64,000 nt of DNA, taken from positions 75,640,001 to 75,704,000 of the forward strand of contig OZ024747.1 in the NCBI GenBank assembly GCA_964016885.1. Reading direction: 5' to 3'. Source of the stretch: Eledone cirrhosa. Lineage: Eukaryota. Position 1 is the first letter of the stretch; every line of letters begins with the position of its first letter. Of the stretch, positions 42,500-56,774 are shown one piece after another. The notes under the pieces are model-generated. The model ran no database searches, was not told the DNA's origin, and worked only from the letters and a program-made list of their open reading frames with translations. The position numbers and the translations under genes are program-made.

Positions 42500-42595
42500 A
42501 ATATATACAAACATAAAAATACGTGTATATAATAATATACTCATATATATACATATGAATATATGTGTATATATATATATACACATATATATATG

Positions 42596-42644
<49 letters not shown>

Positions 42645-43287
42645 ATTTATATATAGGTATAAATAAATATATATATATATATATTTATGTATATACACAT
42701 ACACGCACATATATGTATCTGCTTATATATTTCTATATCGACTTATCTACTTACACACACACACATACACACACATGTATATGTGTATATGTATATATAT
42801 ATATGTGTGTGTGTGTGTGTATCTGACAGAAAGAGATTGAGTAGAGGGAGAAAAGGAAGGAGGAAAATATAAATCACATAAAAGAGAAATGTTGTAAAGA
42901 AAGAGTAAAAGAGTTAGGGGAGGAGTAGTGGGAGGAGAGAGATATTGATTGATTGAGAGAAAAATATTGAAAGAGTAAGAAAGAGAATGAGGGTGAGAGA
43001 GGGGGAAAGAGACAGAAACAAGGTAATGAAAAGCAAAAAGATATACATATATATATGCATATATACATATATACACATATATATATATACATATATACAC
43101 ACATATATACATATATATATATATACATATATATAATATATGTATGTCTATATATATATATATAGAAAAAGAGCTACATAGATATATACATATATATATA
43201 TATGCATATACATATATATATATATACATATATATATACATATACACATATATATACATATATACATATACACATATATACATATGT

Positions 43288-43361
<74 letters not shown>

Positions 43362-43680
43362 AAATAGAGAGAGAGAGAGAGAGAGAAATGTGGAAGAAAT
43401 GTGCAATAGAAGAAAAGGTCTTGAGATATTTATATGGTGATTAGTTGGAGTGTCAGTAGAGTTCATTGCGAGAGTTCATATTAGCATATTACCACATTAC
43501 CACATTACCACATTACCACGTTACCATGTTACCATATCACCAGTTTGCTAGAGTATTGCATTCACATTCTACATACAAGTGTTCAGCTACTCAAAAGTTG
43601 GTAACACAATAATGGAGGAAGATATATAAGCAAAACTAAGCCGTAAACTAAATTCATTTATGAAGAAGAAGAATATTAAG

Positions 43681-43860
<180 letters not shown>

Positions 43861-43889
43861 GTATATATATATATGTATATATATATATG

Positions 43890-43920
<31 letters not shown>

Positions 43921-43938
43921 GTATATATATATGTATAT

Positions 43939-44010
43939 ATTGTTATACTTGGGGAGGGTGATATTTTTGTAATAATATTGCCAGAATTGACCCTCCCCAA
44001 GTATAACAAT
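43939..44010. repeat. Short inverted repeat island in (TA)n
   Basis: ATTGTTATACTTGGGGAGGGT ... ACCCTCCCCAAGTATAACAAT. Confidence 0.8.
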
Positions 44011-44052
44011 ATTCGTTTCGACACACGATTTCATATCAAAAACCTCGCAAAA

Positions 44053-44213
<161 letters not shown>

Positions 44214-44264
44214 TAATAAAAATAATGAATACAAACAAAGAAACAGTTCCTTATATTAAAAAAT

Positions 44265-44402
44265 TCATCATTTTACGAACGTTTCTAGGATATATATGTG
44301 TGTGTTGGTATGTATATCATATAGATCTATGTAAACATTTTACAAACTGTCAGAGGGAATATATATACCTACACATATATATGCTGTCTTCAGAAATAAT
44401 GA
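44265..44402 (-). ncRNA. Type-I hammerhead motif with ~100-nt stem II (3' pLTR)
   Basis: Reverse complement of 45464-45601 with few changes. Confidence 0.65.
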
Positions 44403-45144
44403 TATTTGTTTATTGAAAAAACCAACAAAGATTTAATATAATAGGTCTGTTTGGGAACAGGTTTTGAATTGACCAATAGAAAGGTAGTAAGTGGTCAAGA
44501 TGGTAGAATAGTAGTAATGGAACTTTAATTTAGGGGTAGAGGTAGAGGAAGGCAGATTTCAGTTTTGAATGGAAAGAGTATAATGAATGAAAAGATTATT
44601 TTGGGGATGAAAATAGGTCAAGTCGGTAAAAGATACACGAAAATTTGAAGTTATAAAAGAATAATGCTAATGTAAATATCTAAGGAGAATAAAATTTTAC
44701 GATAAATGTGTTAGTGAAAAATATCAATCTTATTTAAAACATAAGGAATTTACATCTATAAAAATAAAATAAATTAATTAAATTGATAGGTATATTTATA
44801 TTGATAAATTTATATTAATTCATATAGATATGATAAATAAGAGTTAGATGTAATTGAAGAATGCTGTTAAAAACGAAGGGAAAATAAAAAAAAAATAATA
44901 ATAATTATTGGGGGGGGGGGGTAAATTTATTAGTGAGAAATAACAAATTTATATAGATTATAAGGAATATAGATTCATAACCTGAAATTATAATAGTTTA
45001 TATGTATACTTATTGGTATACATTTTAGGAAAACATTAGCTGTAAAAGGGAAATAAAATTATGCAGTTCATTAGTAGTAGTTTATTAATTATAGGTTAAC
45101 TAATTTTAAAAAAAATGTTATTATAATAATTTGTAAAGTGTATA

Positions 45145-45397
45145 TTAATTAGGTTTATAATATTTAAAAGTTCTTCTCAATTTATGATTACATGATATAA
45201 TTAATTCCTGTCGCTTATTTAATAGGATATCCTTAGCTTTCATTATTTCAAAAAGTTCCTGGGAACATAATCTACAATCATATCTATTATTTTGATAAGG
45301 GGTGGCCCTTTTGAGCACACTCCAGGTCAGGTTATAATTTATATTCCTATTTCTATAATTATTAATTATTTCAGCTAAGGATGTTGTATTAGCTAAT
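45145..45397 (-). pseudogene. PLE GIY-YIG endonuclease C-terminal fragment
   Basis: NTTSLAE...INYNLTWSVLKRATPY...CRLCSQE...LLNKRQELIISCNH matches the remembered PLE endonuclease tail (T.LS...I.W.I...A.PY...C.LC..EK...LLNKRSEL...CRH). Confidence 0.85.
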
Positions 45398-45463
45398 TCA
45401 AAACCTGTTCCCAAACAGACCTATTATATTAAATCTTTGTTGGTTTTTTTCAATAAACAAATA

Positions 45464-45601
45464 TCATTATTTCTGAAGACAGCATATATATGTGTAGGTA
45501 TGTATATTCCCTCTGATAGTTTGTAAAAATTTTACATAGATCTATATGATATACATACCAACACACACATATATATCCTAGAAACGATCGTAAAATGATG
45601 A
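45464..45601 (+). ncRNA. Type-I hammerhead motif with ~100-nt stem II (inverted pLTR)
   Basis: TCATTATTT-CTGAAGA(45473)-hairpin GGTATGTATAT/ATATACATACC-GAAA(45581)-CGATCG-TA-AAATGATGA. Confidence 0.7.
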
Positions 45602-45785
45602 ATTTTTAAAAATAAGGAACTGTTTCTCTGTTTTTATTCATTATTTCTATTAATTTATCTTGACTCTGTTTTCCTGTGTTTTTCATCGCAAACAATTTTT
45701 GAATATATCTTCTCTTTTCATGATATTCGGATTACATTGAGTTCTTCATACGGATTGGACACTACCGTACATTTTGGTAGATTTA

Positions 45786-45898
<113 letters not shown>

Positions 45899-46182
45899 TT
45901 ATTATTTATTTATGTTCATACACGGAACAAAAGCGCTACCCATTATTTCAAGGCTCGAGTTTGACCATACCTCAAGAATACAAGAGACATCAATTCTGTG
46001 ACCTTTCTTCACATAAGTGCCTGAAGAAAGGTCACAGATTTGATAAATAATTTATTTAATATTTCTACACTCTTCCCTACTGAGCTCTGCTTTACTTTTA
46101 CATTCCCACACCTAAGGATATTTCTACATACACATACATATATTCATACATGCATACATACATACATACATACATACATACA

Positions 46183-46215
<33 letters not shown>

Positions 46216-46317
46216 GCACACGAACACACACACATTTATATATATATAAGTTTATCCCGGGTTCAATCGGGGGTAAACGCAGTAAGTAAAGTACTCAATA
46301 CACAGCAGAATATAAAT

Positions 46318-46445
46318 ATTTAATATAGAAATGGCTTCTACAGGACTAGAACTGTTTAATTCAGGAGAAATCATCAGGGCTTCTTAATGATTTCTCCCAA
46401 ATGAAACAGTTCTAGTCCTGTAGAAGCCATTTCTTTATTAAATAT
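46318..46445. repeat. Fold-back island with hammerhead-like core
   Basis: AGAAATGGCTTCTACAGGACTAGAACTGTTT is inverted to AAACAGTTCTAGTCCTGTAGAAGCCATTTCT. Minus-strand CTGATGA at 46371-46377. Confidence 0.75.
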
Positions 46446-48141
46446 ATATATATATATATATACTGTATATATATAAATCTTCGTTAGTGAGACCGGTTGA
46501 GGCCATATTTACTTTGTTATTGTTGGATCTCCGTCGTTCCTAATGATGAGTGACCTAGTTTTTTTACCAACGTGAAACTTACGTGTAAAGTTGTTGACCC
46601 TTCTATATACACGTTTACACTTAACGAGATTCTCAGGTAGAATCACATTGACACAGTGTTTAAAAAAGTTGTCCTTTTCAATCACAGATAAAACCAATTT
46701 TCATCCAGCTGACTGGACTGGATTAACATGAAATAAAGTATCGTGCCCAAGGACATCAAGCACAGTGAGGAATAGAGCTCACCATCTTACTATTTTGAGT
46801 CAAACATCCCAGCCACTAAGTCACATAACTTTACGTTTTAATTTACTATTACGTCATAGAATTGGAAAACGAGCTAAATTTGAGACCTGTACATGGTCGG
46901 TTAATCAGCAAGCAATAACAAGTAAATTCCCCTTAAACCACTTTCATGAAAAACGTAATGACAAATTGGCTGAAGTAGACCCGGATAGTTTCTTAAAATT
47001 AATTGGGATGCTTATCATTGGAGCCATTTGATCCTAACTCTTCTTGATTAGAGATTGCCTCGTCTTGAGTAAAACACACAATATTGATTTATTGAAAATA
47101 TAGAAGATAAAGAAGAGAAAGAATTCATTGATAAGGTCACAGAATGTGCGACGAATGAGCTTTGACAATGAAATGCACCAATTAAATAATTATCTAGTTA
47201 CTAAACTAAACGAGGGATGGTTTATTTTTTTAACTAATAATAAAACCAAAATGAAATCTAACTGGTGCTCGTGTTTTTATTGGTAGTATGGCCCTATCAA
47301 ACTATAACATATTTGTTTATCTATATTAATATTTACAACTCTATTTTGAATTCCAGAATGCATTGAATTCCCACCAACAACAAACTAAATCGAAGAAAAC
47401 TGTCTTGGACAGGCCTGGGTGTCATCCATGGAAGTTTTATATCTAGTCCTATTTAAGGTTTGGAAATCAAACCCATTAATCTCCAAGGTACAAGAAAGAA
47501 AATAAAAAATGCAATTCAATACACACTTATACCTCTGCCGCAATAAATCTGAGGATTTTGTCGACACTAATGAAAATCAATATTTGGTTTTGGCAATTGC
47601 TATTGAAGAGAACGTAATATTCCAACAAACCAATTCTACTTCGATTCTTGGTTATTAACATTCTCATTTCATATGTGCTGCTAATTATGTTTGGAGATCC
47701 ACAACCATAATTCTTCAGGAATCCATTCTTTGAAGCCAATAAAGCTAAGACATCTAATTTTTCATTTCATCTGATAATAGTCGAGTAACAGAGTTAATCA
47801 ATTGATTCTTTTAATTATAAATGTATGAGGAAAATACTCTACATATCATAAGAATATGGTGTGAATCCTTAGTAATGGATTTGATGAGTTTAATCAGTTG
47901 TGTATGACCAGTAGATAAGGATAGCAATAGAAAGACGAATGAAAAAGTAGATTCTTTCGTCCGAATCTATGCTTGACCCCTTTTCCTTGAATTGCCTCTG
48001 ATCCCGGATTTGTTGGATCAAGACCAACTTGTGTCTAACCAACAGCATTGAAAACAACTACCTGACATAGCTCACTTTTTGTTTTTACTATATTCAAATT
48101 TATTGTTGTAAATATAAACCACCACCACCACCACCACCACC

Positions 48142-48173
<32 letters not shown>

Positions 48174-48395
48174 CAACAACATCTCGCTATTTCCCCCCTC
48201 CTCAAATGTGATTTTATTCAATTCTCACCCAAATCTATGCGATAACATTAATAGAAACTCCATAAAAAGATATAAGGTTATTCACTGTAAAATAATATAA
48301 ACGATTTCCAGGTTGAGGTCAAATTCTCTTTCTGACATTAAATGTGACAATATGCAGCTTTTATCTGGGATTACGAAAACCAGTTTGTTTGTATG

Positions 48396-48470
<75 letters not shown>

Positions 48471-48860
48471 GTATATATGTATATATGTATGTATGTATGT
48501 GATTGTTCATTAAAATATCCGTAGCTGCACCATTTATGATATCTTATGTTACCCAAGTGCACAAACAGACGTCCTCTCCCTCTCGCCCCCTCTCTCTCCC
48601 CACCTCTCTCTATCTCTCTATCTATCTCTCCACCAACTCTCTCTCTCTATTTATCTATCTATCTCCCTCCACTCTCTCTCTATCTATCTACCCCCCCCCC
48701 CCAATACCCTCTCTCATACCAGCAGAACAAGCAACAAGCTATTCAGTTACAATAGAGGAATAAATATATGTAGATGCATACGTATATACGTACATATACA
48801 CATACATACATACATACATACATACATAAGTACATACATACATTCATACATACATACACA

Positions 48861-50867
48861 GGTGTGGGGTTGCATAGATCACCTACTAACTAACAAAATG
48901 ATTCAGGAAAAAACAACAAAAAATCGCAGAAACATGACTCGTGTGGCTGGACTATCAAAAAGCATTTGATAGTGTACCTCATGGGTGGATTGTTAAGGCC
49001 TTACAGTTAGCTAAAGTCCCACAACCATTGGTAGCTGCTGTTGAACGCCTGACCAAGAACTGGTACACCAGTTTGATCCTTAGAGGTGAGAAGGAGCAGG
49101 TTAAGACTGATAAGATACATTACCAGAAGGGCATCTTTCAGGGTGATAGCTTGTCAGTGCTACTCTTCGTTCTCTCACTGAATCCACTATCTTACCTACT
49201 CAGGAAACAAGGTGGACAAAGACGTGGGCCCAGAAGTATCTCCCATCTTTTCTTTGTTGATGACCTGAAGTTGTATGGGCCAAATATCAATGACATCAAG
49301 AAACAATTGGACCTCATTACACAATTTTCAACCGACATCAAAATGAAATTTGGTGAGTCCAAGTGTGCATATTTGGCAGTAAAACGTGGAAGAGCTGTGC
49401 CCTCCTCTAGAAATCTAGAGATGAACGGCCTGACAATACAACCTCTGCATTCAGGTGACAACTACAGATATCTTGGACAGGATGAGAATGTCAGATATGA
49501 TGGACCCATAAATAAGGAGAGAACCAGAACTGAATACCTCAGAAGAGTAAAGAAAATATGGTCATCAGAACTGTCAGCATACAACAAATACATTGCCCAC
49601 AATACTTATGCTGTGCCAATTCTAACGCCAACATTTGGCCTACTGAACTGGTCATTGCAAGAACTAAGTGAGATGGATGTTAGAACTCGAAAACTTCTCA
49701 GTGTTACTGGGAACTTTAACATCAATGGTGATGTGGATAGGCTATACTTCTCACGCAAGGAAGGTGGCCGGGGTCTAAAATCAATATTAACAACATATGA
49801 GACCCGGATAGTAACACTGAAGCAACACCTTCAACAGAGGAAAAAGGTTGGCAACCATCTTGCCCAGGTTTATGACCATGAAAAAAGAAATATCATTAGA
49901 ATAGCGACTGATCTGGAGGAGAGATATGGAATAAAGCCTGATATAAATCTCTCACCCAGAGAAATCGGAAGATCCTATTCAATGTTCAAACAAGATGAAA
50001 AAATTGACCAATTTACAGAAAAAGTTGTGCATGGATACTTGAGGCGTAAAACACATACCATAGAGGGGATAAACCACTCAAAAAGCCTGGCATGGAGTTT
50101 CGACAAGTTTATGACATCACACCTTGAGGGATATCTCTATGCAATACAGGAACAAGAACTCCCTACCAAATATCTGCTGCACAAAAGAGGAGGGCCAGCA
50201 GCTGACAATAAATGTAGGCTATGTAAAACAAAGATCGAGGATGTAAGCCACATTGTTGCCAGCTGCGAAAGAATGTCATCTCGCTACTACCTCCCCATGA
50301 GACACGATGGGATAGCTAGAACCATCTGGAACGCACTTCGGAAAACAAAATTAACAACAAACGAGGAAGAATATATTGAGACAGATGGCACTAAGGAATA
50401 CTGGTGGAACCTGAAAATAAAAACTGCCACCAAATTAAAGCACAACCGGCCTGATATTGTAGTTTGGGACCACACATTGAAAACGTGTTCTGTTGTGGAG
50501 ATCAGCTGCCCACTTGATGTAAACGTTGTCAGAAAAATACAGGAGAAGGAGGACATCTACGGACGATTGGTGAGGAGTTTACAAATCCAGTATCCAAAAT
50601 ACACCTTTAGCTTCATACCCATCATTATTGGTGCTACGGGTTATATACCAACCCGCTTGGATCAAAGTATGACTGAACTTGGATTTGCGGACAAAAAGCG
50701 CAGCTCCCTAATTCATAGTCTACAAATGGCTGCGATAGCTGGCACCTTCAAAATTTGCAAAACATTCTTGCGATTCAAGAGATGACAATTTCTTTTCTTT
50801 TACAACCTTGCCACCAGGAAGGTGGCCGGTCAAAAAAATATACTCGAAATTAAGAGAAAGAGAAAAC
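48861..50867 (+). mobile_element. 5'-truncated R4/Dong-like non-LTR retrotransposon in (TACA)n
   Basis: Begins mid-RT (VWGCIDHLLTNK, one frameshift near 48940). Short 3' UTR with hairpin GCCACC-AGGAA-GGTGGC. (TACA)n at 48797-48860 and 50868-51080. Confidence 0.92.
48941..50785 (+). CDS. Reverse transcriptase, CCHC knuckle and restriction-like endonuclease (truncated retrotransposon ORF)
   Basis: DYQKAFDSV, GIFQGDSLS, FVDDLKL, YRYLG, GGRGL; CRLC-x7-H-x4-C; RHD; HNRPDIVV...VVEISCP. Confidence 0.93.
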   Translation: MWLDYQKAFDSVPHGWIVKALQLAKVPQPLVAAVERLTKNWYTSLILRGEKEQVKTDKIHYQKGIFQGDSLSVLLFVLSLNPLSYLLRKQGGQRRGPRSISHLFFVDDLKLYGPNINDIKKQLDLITQFSTDIKMKFGESKCAYLAVKRGRAVPSSRNLEMNGLTIQPLHSGDNYRYLGQDENVRYDGPINKERTRTEYLRRVKKIWSSELSAYNKYIAHNTYAVPILTPTFGLLNWSLQELSEMDVRTRKLLSVTGNFNINGDVDRLYFSRKEGGRGLKSILTTYETRIVTLKQHLQQRKKVGNHLAQVYDHEKRNIIRIATDLEERYGIKPDINLSPREIGRSYSMFKQDEKIDQFTEKVVHGYLRRKTHTIEGINHSKSLAWSFDKFMTSHLEGYLYAIQEQELPTKYLLHKRGGPAADNKCRLCKTKIEDVSHIVASCERMSSRYYLPMRHDGIARTIWNALRKTKLTTNEEEYIETDGTKEYWWNLKIKTATKLKHNRPDIVVWDHTLKTCSVVEISCPLDVNVVRKIQEKEDIYGRLVRSLQIQYPKYTFSFIPIIIGATGYIPTRLDQSMTELGFADKKRSSLIHSLQMAAIAGTFKICKTFLRFKR

Positions 50868-51164
50868 ACACATACATACATATATACATACATACTTACA
50901 TACATACACACATACATACATACATACATACCTACATACATACCTACATACATACATACCTACATACATACATACATACATACATACATACATACATACC
51001 TACATACATACATACATACATACATACATACATACATACATACATACATACATACATACATACATACATACATACATACACAGATATTCAAGCAGGAAAT
51101 CAAAACAGTAAACACGTATGTGCAATTAAACAAAATCTTGACTCGACAAAATATAATGCTAGCT

Positions 51165-51740
51165 TTCCACCACCACCATCATCAACACTACCATTGGCAC
51201 CACCACCATCTACACCACCACCACGACCAACACCACAGCGACCATCACAACCACCACCCCCGACAACAACACTACCACTGGCACCACCACCACCACTACC
51301 ACCATCACCACCACCACCATCACCACCACAACTACCACCGCCAATACCACCACGGCCACCGCCACCACGCACACCACCACCACCACAGCACCACCACCAC
51401 CACCACCACAACCACCAACACCAACAACGCCACCACCACCACCACCACCGCCACCACCGCCACCACCCACACCACTAACACCACCACCACCACCTCCACC
51501 ACCACCACCACCACCAACACCACTACCACCAGTACCACTACCAACACCACCACCACCACCACCACCACCACCACCCACACTACCACCAGTACCACCACCA
51601 CCACCACCACTACCACCGCCACCTCCACCACCACCACCCACACTACCACTACCACCACCAACACCACCACCGCCACCACCAACACTACCCCCACCACAAC
51701 CACAACCACAACCACCACCACCACCACCACCACCAATACA
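51165..51740. repeat. Degenerate (CAC)n triplet repeat
   Basis: Directly visible; gives poly-His/Thr/Pro ORFs. Confidence 0.95.
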
Positions 51741-53183
51741 GTGTAACAATAAGTGTCTCAACCTTTCCTTGTGGATGCACAAGATAAGATTTTACTGGAA
51801 AGACAATGAAAATACTTAAATTCTTGTTTTTTTAGTTCCTTATTTAGTCTCCTGTCTACCAAAGACAATGTCTCTGTTCTTCACTAAGACGTTCGTATCA
51901 CCTCTCTCTATATCGGAGAACCAAAGTATATTTGGCAATTTTCATTGTACTCTCGGGTCTCGAAAAATTACCACCCCCACATCGCTTATTAATTTTTCAG
52001 ATTTGTTCACCACCCCTCGCACTTATTAAATGTTGTTAATCTGTCTGGTAAAATTTTAATTTTAGTGGTCAAAGTTCTTTCGTCACATTCTGTGACCTTC
52101 TCAATGACTATCTGTTTTGTACATCTTTTTCCTTGTCTTAAATTTGTATTCTATGTTGTGCATGTGTTTCTTTCTATTGACAATATTGACAACATGACTA
52201 TCTCCAAATATAACAATATTAAGTTATTGTTCTGATATATTTGTAAGAGGAGCGGGAATAACAACTGAATGGGGACGCTGATGCAACCTAATTCCAGTCC
52301 GTAGGGCCAGCACCGTGAACTCCGATAATGACAAACAATGACAAGATTTTGTTGTTCTTTAGCCCCATGTCCCAATTTTCTTCTATTTTTTAAAAACCGT
52401 TTCACTTAAGCGACACTAGTCAATGTGTTCTTGCTTTTAAAAATATAGTATGATGTGGTTTAAGAGGAAATTGGCTGCTATTTCTAGTCTCGCAATACTC
52501 GAGTGCTTTAAATATTGGGCTTTATTTCAGCAATGGTAATTTGTAGCCCCAGGTCAGCCCCAATCGAACAAATATATAATTAAAGACATTCTAATCATGA
52601 CCATCACGTCTCTTTTATATATCAGGAATACAACGTGTAATGTTTCTTTCCCGTACTTTTTCGAGACCATAGATTATGATTTTATGACAGTTTGGTGTTA
52701 AACCGTGTTACATATTATATCTAGTATTCTTTATATACACTTATATGATTGAAACAATTCAAACTCTAATGAAAATGATATTCGTAATTCACCAAAAGCG
52801 CAGATATGTTTTTACTCATTTGCAAATGAAATGGATAAACAAGTAATAAAAAGCTGACATACATGTAAAGATAAAATAAATATATTGATATATGTGTATG
52901 ATGATGTTAGTGTAAAGATATGATTTCATATATAGAGGTTATTGACTTTTCATAATTTATTTTTATGATTTAGCCAGAGCAGGTTTTCCAATATCGATTG
53001 AGAAAAAAAGGGGAAACTTCATGGCTCAAAAGATATCAACAGACCTGGTTATTTAAAATGTAATCTTACAAAAACATTGATGGGTTAACTGAGATACGTT
53101 TGCTTCATATTGTTAAACAGAAGGACGTACATCTCATGATACTGTCATCGGTTATACAGTTTCCTTAGTGTATTTACAGCACT

Positions 53184-53486
53184 TACGAGGGTTGCCTGAA
53201 AAGTTCACTGGCTGACTATGAAGGAGTGATGCTAGAGCTGTGAAATCTTGCATGCATTAATTTCAACTCTTCTTATTAATAACTGCCTTGTTCCATTCCA
53301 GAGAAAAAATAAACCTCATTTGGTCATTGCATGAGAGTATCTTGGTCAGACTATGAACTTTACAACACGCTCTCGTTAAATAACTGCATTGTTTCTTTTC
53401 AGGGACTATGTTGAAAAATAAACCTCTTTTGATCATTCTATGAGAGTATCGTGGTCAGCTTATGAACTCTTCAGCCGACTCTCGTA
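53184..53486. mobile_element. Mariner-type MITE with duplicated right end
   Basis: TA|CGAGGGTTGCCTGAAAAGTTCA... and ...TGAACTCTTCAGCCGACTCTCG|TA; a first right end lies at ~53330-53378. Confidence 0.75.
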
Positions 53487-53549
53487 CTTTACTTTCAAAT
53501 AATTAAATACCACAATAATATCGAAACCTTTTTCTTATTTTTCGTACAG

Positions 53550-53880
53550 ATGCCTACACAAGAAATATACCATCACTTACCAACTGTTATTAAGAAGGGA
53601 TTCTTCAGACAAGTTCCTCTTATAGTTGATTATTTGAAAATTGACCTGAATGAAAGAGATGAAAATGGGAAAACTGCACTAATACTTTGTTGTTACATCA
53701 TACCTGAACAATACGGATTGAGCTTAGCTCAGATGTTTATTGAGAAAGGCTGCTCCATAGAACTTTCAGACAAATATGGAATGAATGTCCTACACCATGC
53801 ATGTATTTATGAACGCCTACATTTAATCAAGATTATTCTAAGAGCTTTAGAGTTTTCTCCAAGCAAGACCGATCATTTTG
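53550..53880 (+). CDS. Exon of an ankyrin-repeat protein (ANKRD34/63-like, uncertain)
   Basis: Polypyrimidine tract plus CAG acceptor right before 53550 and donor GTTAGT at 53881. Ankyrin motifs DLNERDENGKTALILCC, DKYGMNVLHHAC and DHFG. Confidence 0.88.
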
Positions 53881-54503
53881 GTTAGTATCTATTCGTATTT
53901 AACTATATAATTTAATACTTTAATAACAAGTTGATTAATTATCAAACCTAAGATTATTATCAAATTTTGTATTTATATATTAATCAAAATTAAATTATTT
54001 TATTAATTACTTTTAATATTTTAATAATTCAATTTAGTTAACAGACGATCCAACTTTTATTTTGCCTACATTATCTTGAATTATTGAATTAACTGTGTCT
54101 CTAATATAATTATATTCTATTATATTTATTAAATAATTCAAATTTAATCATCATTTTTTTTCCACCGATTATATGCTGGTTTCACACTTCGTTTATGCCA
54201 TCTTACTGTCTTTGGTGAAGGTCATTATGGCAGGAATAAAGAAATATATATGAACAATAAATCATATGATTATCTTAGAAACGCGCATATTTTTGCATAA
54301 ATTAAAATTTATGTTTATAAATAATGTTAAACAAAACACGAATCTTGTTCGTCAAAACAAAAACAAAACAGAACTGAAAAAAACTAAAGACAAAAACGAA
54401 AACAAAAATAATAATACACAGACAATAAATATACACACACAGATACAGAGAGAGAGAGAGAGAGACACCCACACATACACACATACACAGAGACCCCCCC
54501 CAC

Positions 54504-54534
<31 letters not shown>

Positions 54535-54990
54535 CACGTATATAAATATGTGTGTGTATGTATGTCATCACACACACACACATACATATATATACACATA
54601 AACACATATATATATGCACATACACATATATAAATATGTGTGTGTATGTATGTCATCACACACACACACATATATATATATATACCGGTATATAAATATG
54701 TGTGTGTATGTATGTCATCTTCCGTTTTTATTATATAAATTCTTTATATAAGGAATGCTCAGGTTTCAAACAAAGAAGCAAAACTTCTTGGCCAGGACTT
54801 AAATAACAACGACTATATAGAAGATAATGTTGAGATTGGTAACATCCTTTCACATGGTTACTGTTATATTTACATGTTGGTTTCCCTGAAAGTTCCTGTT
54901 GGTTTCCCTGAAAGGTCCTGTTGGTTTCCCTGAAATCCAGCATCTCGAGATCACCACTTGGACATTTAGAAGCTTAAACAATAGAAACAA

Positions 54991-55176
54991 TACGAGGATT
55001 GGCTGAAAAGTTCATAAGCTGACTATCAGGGATTGATGCTAGAGGTGTGAAATATTAAATGCATTAATTTCAACTCTTATTGATAACTGGATTGTTTCTT
55101 TCCAGGGGCTATGTTGAAAAAGAAACCTCATTTGGTCATTCCATAAAAGTATGTTGTCACTAATGAACTTTTCAGT
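54991..55176. mobile_element. Mariner-type MITE, same family as 53184-53486
   Basis: TACGAGGATTGGCTGAAAAGTTCATAAGCTGAC...ATGAACTTTTCAG. Confidence 0.72.
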
Positions 55177-55229
55177 AGAAATGTAAAGTCATATTCTGAG
55201 CAGAGAAGTTGTCAGCTTTGATTCAAGTC

Positions 55230-56400
55230 TATTTTACGCTGACTTTGTAAGAAATGTCCACATCTACAAGGCAGTTGAATTCTATAACTCTACACCTAGT
55301 TCTGTAATATTTTCTGTCCCACACAACTAAATCAAGCCTGGTATGTTTGAACACGACTGAAGTTTTGCTTCGAATGTTTCGTCAATATTCTTTGTGCTGA
55401 AATATACATGTACTCAACATCTGAAATATTGTTTATATGTTACCTTAGATAAATCTTTCCTATAGATAACATGGTATATTGTTTTAACACCAACATTCCA
55501 TTGCATTGGAAAGGAGTACCTTAACATTCTGAGTTGTGACTGTTTACACAAGCGATATTTTCGATCCCATCGTCGGCTTTTACAGGCTTCACTATCTCTT
55601 TTGTTTAGGAGGTATTTTATAGCTATCTGCTGCTCTTTAATTGCAAACATATAACACAACCTCTGAAGTGTAATGTTAATAAACCGTAATGCATTTAAGA
55701 GAGCCTGAACCTCCTATCAATATTAGCATCATCTTAATATTTACAGAAATAATACCCATACATAACATATCTTCTTTGGTATGTAGATATTTTCATCTCC
55801 CTGTCCTTATTGAAATGCATTATCCCAGTGGTTATACATTCACACAGAACGTTATTGGGGACTGAATACTTACTCCTAACCTGTAAGCATTTTCTATCCT
55901 TACGTTTGAGTACTTGGTTAATGCATTTGTTTCTGCAGCTTTTGTTTATTGGATGGTGTACGAGTGATGTCATTCGACACTCAAAGGCTGCCTGGAATGA
56001 TCTTCCACCATTCTTCATATGATTAATCTATGGAACGAATTTCATCAATAAACCAATCAGGAATATCTATCTGTTCTGTCCCTGCAAATGTACACTGAAA
56101 AGAATCCTCTTTTAAAAGTCAGATGTAATATTCTTTGGCCATTTATATTTGTTCAGAGTAATTCTTTATGATATATCTTCGTCAATATCTAGGTATTTAT
56201 AGTACTTACTGCATGGACCAGAATATATAGAAACGATTAATGTGAAAGACTTTGGTTGGGAAATACATTTACCGAGTTCAGTTAGCAAATATGTAGTTAT
56301 TTTGGAGAAATTCCATAGCTTTGTCAGCATTGTTTTTAATTCATGCTGTTTCACAGCGTTGTAAACTATCTTTAGATAGTCCAAAAATAAATTATATGTT
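55230..56400 (-). pseudogene. Highly decayed R4/Dong-like retrotransposon
   Basis: Collinear fragments DYLKI, YKYLDIDEDI, KNGGRSF..FECRMTSL and YMFAIKEQQIAIKYLLNKR..RLCK align to 48941-50785. Confidence 0.8.
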
Positions 56401-56774
56401 AGATGAAGTCTAATGTTACATGGAAAAAATAGCAGTGGATTTAAACGAAAAATAAATGAAACAGACTGTTCGGCTTTCAGTTATGTGCAAAGATTGTTGA
56501 TTACGTCTTTGTGAGACGTAAAACGAGGGAAACTGGAATTGCAGTAAACTTTGCTGTAAAAATATGCAATAATTCAAACAATTATGAGAGAGGAATATAA
56601 TCCAATTTGTTCCGAAGACAAGTGTTCCAATTGTATGATCAAAAGGACACTTTGCCCGTGAAGTTAACGAGTAGGTGTCTGAGCATTCCACCTGTAATCA
56701 TAATGTAATTCTCAAGGATATTCAATATGACACAGTGTGTAATAAGGCAGGCACTTTGAATTATAGGTTCAGCT

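Noticed and set aside
47525-47585. Possible short minus-strand exon (CRQNPQIYCGR)
   Set aside because: Only an AG...GT pair around 34 bp, with no homology or partner exons.
50808-51782. Long His/Thr/Pro/Gly-rich ORFs
   Set aside because: Translations of (TACA)n and (CAC)n that are open in several frames on both strands.
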